This document shows positions 56,525-64,000 of a stretch of 64,000 nucleotides of DNA, piece by piece; position 1 is the stretch's first letter, and the number at the start of each line of letters is the position of its first letter. The notes beneath the pieces were generated by a model. It did no database searches and was not told the origin of the DNA. It worked only from the letters and a program-made list of their open reading frames with translations. Made by a program: the position numbers and the translations under genes. The stretch covers positions 80,436-144,435 of the IMG/VR virus record IMGVR_UViG_3300017760_000001. One strand, given 5' to 3'. Origin of the DNA: a virus.

Positions 56525-56965
56525 TTATACAGATTCGATGTCCACGGCACCAATAATGTATGACCGAGCATCAACTTCTTCGAATCCTTTTTTACCGAGG
56601 AACTCGTCAGGCCAGTCTTCAGAATCGTACAGTTCATCGAGAAACTCCTCTTCCTCGTCTGCGCCCATACCTTCAGTTTCGTAGTCGATACCGCAACCGT
56701 CATAGGATTCTTCGAACTCGATATCCTCGAACGATTGGAACTCAAAGATCTCATCGTCATCCGCATAGGATGCACTCTCTAACCACTCAACTTCTTCTTC
56801 ATTCTGTGGACGAATGATATACGAACCATTCCGCATTGTCTCAGATACAGTTACAGAGACATAGTCCCCATCGTCAAAAGATCCCTTAGCGAACACCAAC
56901 TCTTCGATGAACGATTTTTTACTTGAGGCGAATACTCGGTACTCGCCCCCTACTTCGATACTCAT
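56525..56965 (-). CDS. Highly acidic early protein
   Basis: 146 aa, very D/E-rich C-terminal two-thirds. Confidence 0.7.
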   Translation of the reverse strand: MSIEVGGEYRVFASSKKSFIEELVFAKGSFDDGDYVSVTVSETMRNGSYIIRPQNEEEVEWLESASYADDDEIFEFQSFEDIEFEESYDGCGIDYETEGMGADEEEEFLDELYDSEDWPDEFLGKKGFEEVDARSYIIGAVDIESV

Positions 56966-56967
56966 AA

Positions 56968-57468
56968 TTAAGCCGCCTGTTTTAGGTCATCACGAATCGC
57001 CTTGACTTCAGCGATTCTGTTAGAAAGATCTTTGGTCTCAACGTTACAAACGTAAGGTTTGTCGTAAGAACCAACGTTGATGTCAATGTAATGCGAACGG
57101 TGGAAGTAATCGGTCATGATATCATCTTCGTTGAAGAAGTCATCACCTTCCATCGCAGATTTTAGTTCAGTCAGGAACGAAACAATCTCAGGATATTTCT
57201 TGTAAGTATCTTCAATCCAATACTCATTGACATTGACGTAATCGTCTAACTGAATGTAGTAGTTAGGATTGTGATACAACTCACGTTCGATACTATCTAG
57301 TCTCGCTTCATTGGAAGCACTCACGATATCTAGATCACTAGACTTGATATTAACAACAAGGGTTGAATGGTGACGAACAGCGATAGACGCTTTAGCATTG
57401 TACTTTTTAAGGACTGCTTTGATCGCAGGGGTTAATGCTTTTTTCTTCTCTTGTGATACATAAGCCAT
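56968..57468 (-). CDS. Early conserved hypothetical phage protein
   Basis: MAYVSQEKKK..IKAVLKKY..SIAVRHHSTL, DIMTDYFH..HYIDINVG. Confidence 0.75.
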   Translation of the reverse strand: MAYVSQEKKKALTPAIKAVLKKYNAKASIAVRHHSTLVVNIKSSDLDIVSASNEARLDSIERELYHNPNYYIQLDDYVNVNEYWIEDTYKKYPEIVSFLTELKSAMEGDDFFNEDDIMTDYFHRSHYIDINVGSYDKPYVCNVETKDLSNRIAEVKAIRDDLKQAA

Positions 57469-57502
57469 AATTTTCTTCTCTCTCTCAATCAATTAGGTAA
57501 CT

Positions 57503-57531
57503 ATTATCTCATGCTGGGCATGTTTTGTCAA
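57503..57531 (-). promoter_or_regulatory. Early promoter with TGCCCA spacer box
   Basis: TTGACA-aaacaTGCCCAgcatga-GATAAT. Confidence 0.8.
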
Positions 57532-57548
57532 GCGTTTTCTTCAATTAA

Positions 57549-57839
57549 TTACAAGTTTTTTGCAGAGAATCTTGGATACAATCGGAACGGTGCCTGATGA
57601 TCTAGAGTCTCTGAAAAGATCATTGGTTCTGGAAGCGCACGTTCATCTAACGCATTGAAGAACAACGCCATGTCAACGTCTTCTTCTAACCAGATATACT
57701 CTTCGTTGAAGAACGAGTACTCCGAGATCTTGTCGGTGAAATTTAGGTTCTCAGCCAAACGGACTGGAACTTTCAGGTAACTGTGTGACGGATCAGAAAC
57801 ATACGTCACGGCATTTTGGGGATTAGTTGCAAAACTCAT
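57549..57839 (-). CDS. Early hypothetical protein
   Basis: SDPSHSYLKVP...ISEYS...WLEEDVD. Confidence 0.65.
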   Translation of the reverse strand: MSFATNPQNAVTYVSDPSHSYLKVPVRLAENLNFTDKISEYSFFNEEYIWLEEDVDMALFFNALDERALPEPMIFSETLDHQAPFRLYPRFSAKNL

Positions 57840-58117
57840 TTTGACACCTCACTTAGCAATTTCATAATATGGTAATCTTTCAAAAGTAAATCACGAACAC
57901 GTTCACGGTCAAGCGAATCACCGTCACCCCACTCAAAGAAGTTCTTGGGACTAGTAACTATTTTGATGTAATCTTGGATAGCGGTCTCTACTTTCGCAAC
58001 ACTAACATCTTCGATGGGATAGATTCCATCGTAAGCGTAAAAAGATAGGACATAGTTGCGGAAGGAAACTAACTGTGGGTTAGATCGCAGGGCAATAACA
58101 TTAGTAAATGGGGTCAT
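57836..58117 (-). CDS. Early hypothetical protein
   Basis: YVLSFYA..GIYP...GDSLDRERVRD; start moved. Confidence 0.65.
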   Translation of the reverse strand: MTPFTNVIALRSNPQLVSFRNYVLSFYAYDGIYPIEDVSVAKVETAIQDYIKIVTSPKNFFEWGDGDSLDRERVRDLLLKDYHIMKLLSEVSK

Positions 58118-58159
58118 AATTTCTCTCTCAGTTCTCATAATCAATACAAGTATTATACG
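58115..58159. repeat. 45-bp promoter/leader direct repeat, copy 1 (copy 2 at 60224-60268)
   Basis: Identical CATAATTTCTCTCTCAGTTCTCATAATCAATACAAGTATTATACG. Confidence 0.9.
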
Positions 58160-58180
58160 TCACTGGGCAGAGAATGTCAA
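58152..58180 (-). promoter_or_regulatory. Early promoter with TGCCCA spacer box
   Basis: TTGACA-ttctcTGCCCAgtgacg-TATAAT. Confidence 0.85.
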
Positions 58181-58308
58181 GCGTTTTTATGAAATAATTA
58201 CAACTTTTTTACATTCTTCGAATCTGCGTTGACTGGTCTTGATGCCATAGAAGTCATCATGATTATCGACACTGATTGCCAACCAGAACAAGATGACAAA
58301 TCTACCTA

Positions 58309-58848
58309 TCACTCAAACCAACTAGGGACTTCACGGTTCGTCCACTTCGCCATGTACTTCTTTTCTTGAATGTAGTACTGACGGTATGCTTGAACAGGAT
58401 CGTCCTTCTTACACGAATCTGGCATCGCCTGTGCGAACTTTGTGAGGGGTTCTACTTGGTCGATGTTCTTGGGCGAGAACCACAACTGACTACTCAGTTT
58501 CTCTTCGGTCATGTGAATCTTGCCGTAACGTCTAGTGTACTCTTTGCACAATTCTTGGAAGTGTTTGTACAACCAACGGTAGTTGCCGTTAGACTTACGT
58601 GTCCATATATTGGACGGATGGTTTACGTGGGACGCTTTGTACAAGAGTCGTTCTTCGGCCGCACCGTTCAGTTTCCATCGTTTGATCTTACGACCGTTCT
58701 TAGTCTTGTCATAGTACTCAGTGCCATCCAATACACGATGTGCGGTAGACATCAATTGGGCGTACTCTACGATCATTTTTACGACATGTTTGTCACACAT
58801 CATCTGTGCTGCTTTCACTGGATCATTATCTAGGTGGAATATATTCAT
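58309..58848 (-). CDS. Pyrimidine-dimer DNA glycosylase/DenV-family protein
   Basis: MNIFHLD..P..AAQ..CDKHVVKMIVE.AQL.STAH, H.NHPS..W, EYTRRYGKIH, AYRQYY. Confidence 0.8.
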   Translation of the reverse strand: MNIFHLDNDPVKAAQMMCDKHVVKMIVEYAQLMSTAHRVLDGTEYYDKTKNGRKIKRWKLNGAAEERLLYKASHVNHPSNIWTRKSNGNYRWLYKHFQELCKEYTRRYGKIHMTEEKLSSQLWFSPKNIDQVEPLTKFAQAMPDSCKKDDPVQAYRQYYIQEKKYMAKWTNREVPSWFE

Positions 58849-59102
58849 TTTAAATCACTGTATACCAATCGTCTAAATTCATCAATTACAAAGGCATGGT
58901 TCGCCTGATATGTGAAGTGTTTCAACTCCTTATCAAATACATCATCGCCTTTGGGGTTGGTTCCCTCGTAGGAATGTTTTACAAATCCTTCGGTGTCATC
59001 AACCTCTGTACATGTCAAAACATATCCGTCATGGATATCGATAATCTCCCATCGTTGAAGACGTGAGAGATATTGTTCTCTTGACACTTTCTTTTTTGCC
59101 AT
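58845..59102 (-). CDS. Hypothetical protein
   Basis: Translationally coupled ORF. Confidence 0.55.
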   Translation of the reverse strand: MAKKKVSREQYLSRLQRWEIIDIHDGYVLTCTEVDDTEGFVKHSYEGTNPKGDDVFDKELKHFTYQANHAFVIDEFRRLVYSDLK

Positions 59103-59266
59103 TAATAGTTCCCTTCTCGGATTGCTTGCATTACTTCGAACACTTGACTAGGATCAAATCCTTGAGTCTGTAACGATGCCTGTAGTCCAGACCAATCTGG
59201 ATGTCGTGGCATGTGAATGAACTGGTGCGCCAAGTTTGCGACTAATTGTGGTGATATCTCAAACAT
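59102..59266 (-). CDS. Small hypothetical protein (54 aa)
   Basis: MFEISPQLVANLAHQFIHMPRHPDWSGLQ...; TAATG-coupled. Confidence 0.5.
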   Translation of the reverse strand: MFEISPQLVANLAHQFIHMPRHPDWSGLQASLQTQGFDPSQVFEVMQAIREGNY

Positions 59267-59438
59267 TATCAATACCTCGTTTATTTATACTCCAAAGTCC
59301 CCATCCCATGATCAACACACCAATCAGTAGTTTGACAAGAAGGGGTAAGAATGGTTGGGGTTCTCCCATCCCAGTCATGATGTCATCGTGTCCGATGGCA
59401 CTGAACAGAATAAAGAAACCTATTGCGACTCTAAACAT
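59259..59438 (-). CDS. Small two-TM membrane protein (59 aa)
   Basis: MFRVAIGFFILFSAIGHDD...LLVKLLIGVLIMGWGLW. Confidence 0.55.
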   Translation of the reverse strand: MFRVAIGFFILFSAIGHDDIMTGMGEPQPFLPLLVKLLIGVLIMGWGLWSINKRGIDNV

Positions 59439-59440
59439 AT

Positions 59441-59590
59441 CTAAACCTCGTATGGATATAAGTGATATTTATAAAAACTTTGATCTTCTGCCCACTCTCG
59501 AGCATCTTCTTCGGTAACGAATGATTGTTTCCACATCTCTTGTTCTTTAGTCTCAGATTCAATCACAACATACCATATTACATCTTTCAC
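59441..59590 (-). CDS. Small hypothetical protein (49 aa, GTG start)
   Basis: MKDVIWYVVIESE...FVTEEDAREWAE. Confidence 0.5.
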   Translation of the reverse strand: MKDVIWYVVIESETKEQEMWKQSFVTEEDAREWAEDQSFYKYHLYPYEV

Positions 59591-59760
59591 GTTTTACTCT
59601 CCAAATAATCTCTAGTAGATATCAATTCTTCTAACACTTCAGGATACTTCATAGCCATAGAACGAAGCATGGAATCGTAATATCCCTCACGGTAGGCATA
59701 GGAATCGTTTTGTTTCTCAAGGAGGTCACGAACGTCATTCATAATATCATTAACAGTCAT
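59587..59760 (-). CDS. Early hypothetical protein
   Basis: Start moved to MTVNDIM, downstream of the promoter. Confidence 0.55.
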   Translation of the reverse strand: MTVNDIMNDVRDLLEKQNDSYAYREGYYDSMLRSMAMKYPEVLEELISTRDYLESKT

Positions 59761-59788
59761 AGGATTCTCTCTCATCAATTAAGTAAAC

Positions 59789-59817
59789 ATTATAGTACAT
59801 TGGGCAGGAAATGTCAA
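59789..59817 (-). promoter_or_regulatory. Early promoter with TGCCCA spacer box
   Basis: TTGACA-tttccTGCCCAatgtac-TATAAT. Confidence 0.85.
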
Positions 59818-60014
59818 GCGGAAAGTTCAATCTCTTCCGCTATCTCATCAAACAGTTTATAGTACATATCAACAGTATCACGTACTGGATTGAGGCGCAT
59901 GTAAGTATCAGCGTCAACAAAGTTCCAGTTGATATCGTTATTAGGGAAACGATTCTCTGGATCAGCAACCGCTTCAAGCATGTAGGATTGGATAACACGT
60001 TTTAAGTCTTGCAT
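59814..60014 (-). CDS. Early hypothetical protein
   Basis: AVADPEN...INWNFVDADTY. Confidence 0.6.
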   Translation of the reverse strand: MQDLKRVIQSYMLEAVADPENRFPNNDINWNFVDADTYMRLNPVRDTVDMYYKLFDEIAEEIELSA

Positions 60015-60028
60015 AATATATCTCTCTA

Positions 60029-60226
60029 TTAAAGTAATTTACAAATGAAGTTTGGATTGTTCCAGAACTCATTAACGTCAGAGTAAAGGACAACAGTCTC
60101 TTCGTTCTCATACAAGTCACGTAGAGCAAAGACAAATTTGGATAAAGAAGAAACAGACTCATCACGAGCCTCATTCAAACGGACATAAGTGTTTTCAATT
60201 GCAGACATCGGTAACGTATTTCGCAT
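60029..60226 (-). CDS. Early hypothetical protein
   Basis: Start moved to MRNTLPMS. Confidence 0.55.
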   Translation of the reverse strand: MRNTLPMSAIENTYVRLNEARDESVSSLSKFVFALRDLYENEETVVLYSDVNEFWNNPNFICKLL

Positions 60227-60268
60227 AATTTCTCTCTCAGTTCTCATAATCAATACAAGTATTATACG
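60224..60268. repeat. 45-bp promoter/leader direct repeat, copy 2
   Basis: Identical to 58115-58159. Confidence 0.9.
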
Positions 60269-60289
60269 GTACTGGGCAAAGAAAGTCAA
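60261..60289 (-). promoter_or_regulatory. Early promoter with TGCCCA spacer box
   Basis: TTGACT-ttcttTGCCCAgtaccg-TATAAT. Confidence 0.85.
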
Positions 60290-60307
60290 GCGTTTTTTTA
60301 AATTATT

Positions 60308-60769
60308 TTACGATCTATTGTGCCAAGGTTCTGCTTTTCGGGTGGGTTCTTTCTTCAGGTCAGCAGGTAGGTGTTTACCGTGGATCTTACACCCGATAAA
60401 CGCATTGTAGTAGTCATCACGCAATAGAACATCGTGATCGAATTGATACTTGGTTTCGAAATAGGAACACTCACCTTTGGTACGACACAATCTAAGTATC
60501 TTACGGCTAAAGGATGCTTCTCCTCGTTCCATTAGTAGTTTGACTTCTGCCGATGATCCGTAATACTTCATCCAGTCAGATTGGACTCTTGTTCGTTTAC
60601 GTCTCTTTCTTGCTTTTGTAACAGGCAGAACTTTGGGTTTCCAGAAGAACTTCTTACCGATGTACTTCATACCAGTAGTTTCTTCGGTCAATAGGTAAAC
60701 GAATCCTTGATAGTCTTCTAAAAAGGATTCGTCTGGTGTAAATTCTTTGTCTTCATAATACCAAGTCAT
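60308..60769 (-). CDS. GIY-YIG-family nuclease (Seg-like, short)
   Basis: GFVYLLT....MKYIGKK, YYGSS, E..YQF, YYN. Confidence 0.75.
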   Translation of the reverse strand: MTWYYEDKEFTPDESFLEDYQGFVYLLTEETTGMKYIGKKFFWKPKVLPVTKARKRRKRTRVQSDWMKYYGSSAEVKLLMERGEASFSRKILRLCRTKGECSYFETKYQFDHDVLLRDDYYNAFIGCKIHGKHLPADLKKEPTRKAEPWHNRS

Positions 60770-60780
60770 ACAGGTATATA

Positions 60781-60909
60781 TTATTCTTGTAAGTCTTCAG
60801 CCTCAACTGGTGACCCACACATAGGACAGAATTGCGGAGTCTCTCCAGACTCCGTTTCTTCCGATACCACAGTTATACAATCACATACTCCGCAGACTAA
60901 TTCAAACAT
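60781..60909 (-). CDS. Small zinc-ribbon protein (42 aa)
   Basis: MFELVCGVCDC...FCPMCGS. Confidence 0.65.
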   Translation of the reverse strand: MFELVCGVCDCITVVSEETESGETPQFCPMCGSPVEAEDLQE

Positions 60910-61516
60910 CGTCAGTCCTTTTAAAAAACATATTGAATTCTTTATTTTTGTTTGTGTTTGACATACTCGTTATCTGGAATTTATTTTCTTCTAAAAATGT
61001 TTTACAGTCTTCTATCAAATTATCACAATTCTTATACAAGTCCATTTCAGGAGTAACCACTTCAATCACTCCGCCTTCTAGTAACTCGATTTTTTCACCG
61101 AAACTTTTCAGGACATTTAGATCCGTACCTTGGGCGTCACAATGTAACCATTTTATTTTACCATCAAAGTTTATTGAGTCTAGATACGTATCTATTCTGA
61201 TAGTCTTAACCTCATAAGTATTTCTCACATTAAAACCACCTGATCGACTCAATTCTAGAAGACTACTACCACCATAGTTAGAAGAAACATCAGGATTATT
61301 GTTACCTGCTATCTGATTAAATTTTCTTTTACCGTTAACAAGGTCGATTGCACAGTTTGATATATTTATCATTTCATTGTTTTTATAACGATTGGTCACA
61401 TAGTCATAGAGTTCAGGTACAGGTTCAAAACCATGTACTCCAACACCATACTTTCTAGAAAGTTTTCCTGTATCTTGACCTCTGTTACAACCAACTTCAA
61501 TAACGATATCGGTCAT
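60902..61516 (-). CDS. FkbM-family methyltransferase
   Basis: IEVGCNRG, HGFEPVP, KTIRIDTY, LHCDAQGTDLNVL. Confidence 0.85.
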   Translation of the reverse strand: MTDIVIEVGCNRGQDTGKLSRKYGVGVHGFEPVPELYDYVTNRYKNNEMINISNCAIDLVNGKRKFNQIAGNNNPDVSSNYGGSSLLELSRSGGFNVRNTYEVKTIRIDTYLDSINFDGKIKWLHCDAQGTDLNVLKSFGEKIELLEGGVIEVVTPEMDLYKNCDNLIEDCKTFLEENKFQITSMSNTNKNKEFNMFFKRTDDV

Positions 61517-62490
61517 TATGCGACCTCGGTCTCAAACATTTCGTCCCAACCCCATTCGCCTTCCATTCCGTTTACAGAATATTCGGTTACTCGTTTCTCA
61601 AAGAAGTTGTCATGAGATGCGCCATTCAGTACCCAGTCCAACCAAGGTAGTGGATTGTCCTTAACACCGAACTTAGGTTTCATACCCAGTTGCAACAAAC
61701 GTCTGTCTGCAATGTGACGGATGTACTGTTTCACATCTGTCTCCGATAGACCTTCGATGTCTCCAGACTTATATGCAAGTTTGATGAATCGATCTTCTAA
61801 CTTGACAGCGTTCCTCGCCATCTCGTAGATCTTTGACTTCAACTCATCGTTTACGATACGAGGATGCTCTTCACAGAACTCACGGAACAACTTAGAGTTG
61901 CCCTGTACGTGCATGGTCTCGTCTCGGATTGACCACTCAACGATTGTACCCATACCTTTCATCTTACCGAAACGTTGGAAGTTCAACAACATTACAAATG
62001 ATGCGAATAGAGACATACCTTCATTGAATACAGATTGTGCAAGTACAAGTGCAAGTCCAGTATGAGAATGAATGTCGCCCTCTTTCATGAAGTCGATCTT
62101 GTCAGCCATCTCCTTGTACTCAAGGAATGCATGGTGTTCTTCGTCAGGTAAACCCAGAGTGTCGTTCAACAATGCATAGGCACGTTGGTGTACACCTTCT
62201 CGGTTTGCGAACGATGATAACATGTTACGGATCTCGTTGTTCTTGAACTTAGGGATCAGTAACTCGTGGTAGTTCTCCCCTACCTGTACGTCCGACTGCG
62301 TGAACAATCGTAGTACTTGAGTGATGAACTCTTTCTCTTGTTCAGAGAGTTTTGTTCTCCAGTCTTGGATATCTTCTGAGAGTTCTGCCTCGTCTTCTAC
62401 CCAATGGATCTCTTCGTGTTTCTTTGTCAGTTCTACTGCCCACGGAAACTTGAATGGTTTGTAAGTTTTGCTAAATTCTAGTAATGCCAT
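61516..62490 (-). CDS. nrdB: Ribonucleotide reductase class Ia beta subunit
   Basis: FTQSDVQV, EGVHQRAY, NEGMSLFASF, SIRDETMH, NFFEKRVTEY. Confidence 0.95.
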   Translation of the reverse strand: MALLEFSKTYKPFKFPWAVELTKKHEEIHWVEDEAELSEDIQDWRTKLSEQEKEFITQVLRLFTQSDVQVGENYHELLIPKFKNNEIRNMLSSFANREGVHQRAYALLNDTLGLPDEEHHAFLEYKEMADKIDFMKEGDIHSHTGLALVLAQSVFNEGMSLFASFVMLLNFQRFGKMKGMGTIVEWSIRDETMHVQGNSKLFREFCEEHPRIVNDELKSKIYEMARNAVKLEDRFIKLAYKSGDIEGLSETDVKQYIRHIADRRLLQLGMKPKFGVKDNPLPWLDWVLNGASHDNFFEKRVTEYSVNGMEGEWGWDEMFETEVA

Positions 62491-63273
62491 TTATTCCTCT
62501 AATTTTCTCTTGATGTACGGCGCCAATGTCTTGGCAATTAATTTATTACCCTCGTCTGTTGGATGTAAACACCATGTGAGGGTCTCTTGGTGTTTGTCTT
62601 TACGAAAATCTTCTTTGTATCGTCTTAGTTTAATTATGTTTATATTATCTAATCGATCTTTGTTCAACCAATTGTTAGAGAGTATATCTAACATGGTGTT
62701 GTTTGGCAAATGGGGTTCTATCCAATTTTCTTTTGCTCTTCCAAATTGAAAATCGATATTACTTATAATCGGTCTGCCGTTATCTTGATTAAATAACTGT
62801 TTATGTAAAAACCAATCATTTGTGACACTACTTGTCATCAGGTATGGTATAGATTTATCTTCACATAACATTCTACATGATTGCATGGATTGTTCAAACC
62901 ACATTCTACCTAATGCTGGATTTCTATACCTACGTTCTGGGTCATCTTGGTTTGCACTCCAAGCACTTGTTATGTATTGCCATGTATTAAAGTTCTGACC
63001 GTCCTTATGTATTGGGTTAACAATTGTTCCTCTATTACACTCTGTCCAAACAAATAACACTAGAAAATCTGATCGGTCTTTCCGAGCCCACCTAAAAAAA
63101 GAATTAGCTATACTTTGGTTACTTGCGCCACCTTTTCCGTAGTTGTGAACTTCGACACCGAGTTCTTTCTCTAACCAGTAACAGATATTATAATCAGTAA
63201 TTTCGATGTCCGTTTGAGAAATTCTTCTAGCTCCCTCCACGAAACTATCGCCAAAGACAGCTATCTTTTTCAT
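62491..63273 (-). CDS. SGNH/GDSL hydrolase-like protein
   Basis: VFGDSF, NYGKGGASN, HPTDEGNKLIA. Confidence 0.7.
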   Translation of the reverse strand: MKKIAVFGDSFVEGARRISQTDIEITDYNICYWLEKELGVEVHNYGKGGASNQSIANSFFRWARKDRSDFLVLFVWTECNRGTIVNPIHKDGQNFNTWQYITSAWSANQDDPERRYRNPALGRMWFEQSMQSCRMLCEDKSIPYLMTSSVTNDWFLHKQLFNQDNGRPIISNIDFQFGRAKENWIEPHLPNNTMLDILSNNWLNKDRLDNINIIKLRRYKEDFRKDKHQETLTWCLHPTDEGNKLIAKTLAPYIKRKLEE

Positions 63274-63276
63274 AAA

Positions 63277-63999
63277 TTAATTTTTATCCCAGTCAACTTT
63301 CTGGAACCACTCCTTAAACAAATACTCAGCATATAATCGATGAGCATCTTCGCCTGGATGTCCTTGAGGACATTCAATGAGATCGCTTTTACGTTCAAAC
63401 GTTTTGATATCTTCCCCAATATTAGTCATCCCTATTCTATGATGATGAGGAAGACTTCTCATGGTTTTTTTCAAATACATTTTAAATTGGTCATACCTTT
63501 CATCATTTTCAGCTAGACAACTGACAACATATTTCCAGTTGATGGGATGAAAAATACTTTGGACTAATTTTATACCTCTTGACTCAGCTATCAATTTCAT
63601 AGCGACCATACAACTAAGACCACGCATAAGTGATGATTTTTTATAACCTTCACGTTCATACATTTTAGTAACATCGCCTCTAAGAGGTGGTTTCAAACTG
63701 TATATCCTCTCTTTTGAAACTTGAGACATACAATCTTGTCGTGTCAATCTAAATTTCTTTTCTTCTTCGGGTGACAATGGTTCCGCAAATTCTTCTCTTC
63801 CCCAATATGACCAAAGTATTACCATATGAGTGACTTCATCACCTTTAGGTGAATTCAAGTAATCTACAATGTCTCTAAATATTTTTTGATTCCCATTGCC
63901 TGGAATTGCCAGATTTTTATAAGGAACATCTAAATGATCAGCAAGTTTTGCGACAACTGTCTTTTCGTGGTGACTGTTATCTATGAATCCTTCTAGTTC
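63277..63999 (-). CDS. SGNH/GDSL hydrolase-like protein (5'-truncated by window edge)
   Basis: Frame is open to the window end (…KNLAIPGNGNQKIFR…); C-terminal GHPGEDAHRLYA. Confidence 0.7.
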   Translation of the reverse strand, partial: ELEGFIDNSHHEKTVVAKLADHLDVPYKNLAIPGNGNQKIFRDIVDYLNSPKGDEVTHMVILWSYWGREEFAEPLSPEEEKKFRLTRQDCMSQVSKERIYSLKPPLRGDVTKMYEREGYKKSSLMRGLSCMVAMKLIAESRGIKLVQSIFHPINWKYVVSCLAENDERYDQFKMYLKKTMRSLPHHHRIGMTNIGEDIKTFERKSDLIECPQGHPGEDAHRLYAEYLFKEWFQKVDWDKN

Positions 64000-64000
64000 A

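Noticed and set aside
60308-60769. Mobile homing endonuclease
   Set aside because: It is a short catalytic-domain-only GIY-YIG protein with no DNA-binding repeats and no intron context.
61516-62490. Intron or intein in nrdB
   Set aside because: The ORF is contiguous, 324 aa, with all iron-ligand motifs present.
1-64000. Stop-codon reassignment as the cause of the split gp5
   Set aside because: Core genes are full-length in the standard code, TAA, TAG and TGA all terminate genes, and the gp5 pieces have their own coupled starts.

Overview
This 64-kb window is part of a large T4-like (Tevenvirinae-related, probably aquatic) myovirus genome. It uses the standard genetic code, and I found no tRNAs, CRISPR arrays, introns or IS elements. 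Positions 1-26.7 kb hold the tail/baseplate module: a fibre-like repeat protein, a DUF4815/VrlC-like giant, gp8, gp9/10-like, gp7-like, gp6, gp25, a split gp5 locus, gp53, gp48, gp4, gp2, gp54-like, gp26/gp51 and a gp29-like tape measure, under T4 late promoters (TATAAATA). gp32, a 2OG-Fe(II) oxygenase, gp33 and a block of small early genes follow. A ~20-kb accessory cluster (34.4-54.1 kb) encodes many glycosyltransferase-like genes, a HAD/nucleotidyltransferase fusion, a methyltransferase, a radical SAM enzyme and a carbamoyltransferase. The rest holds an M15A endolysin, phoH, a second early-gene block with a shared promoter cassette, a DenV-like glycosylase, a GIY-YIG protein, nrdB, FkbM and SGNH-like genes. 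Best leads: (1) a possible phage-encoded virion-glycosylation system, suggested by the GT cluster plus an excess of D-S-D tripeptides in outer baseplate/fibre proteins; (2) a canonical -1 slippery site fusing gp26 to gp51 just upstream of the tape measure; (3) a gp5 locus split into four genes carrying three peptidoglycan-hydrolase folds, two apparently dead; (4) a late-promoter-driven pseudoknot leader in front of a 27-aa YRG peptide; (5) a TGCCCA box at a fixed position in six early promoters. All family calls come from motif recognition by eye; no database searches were run.
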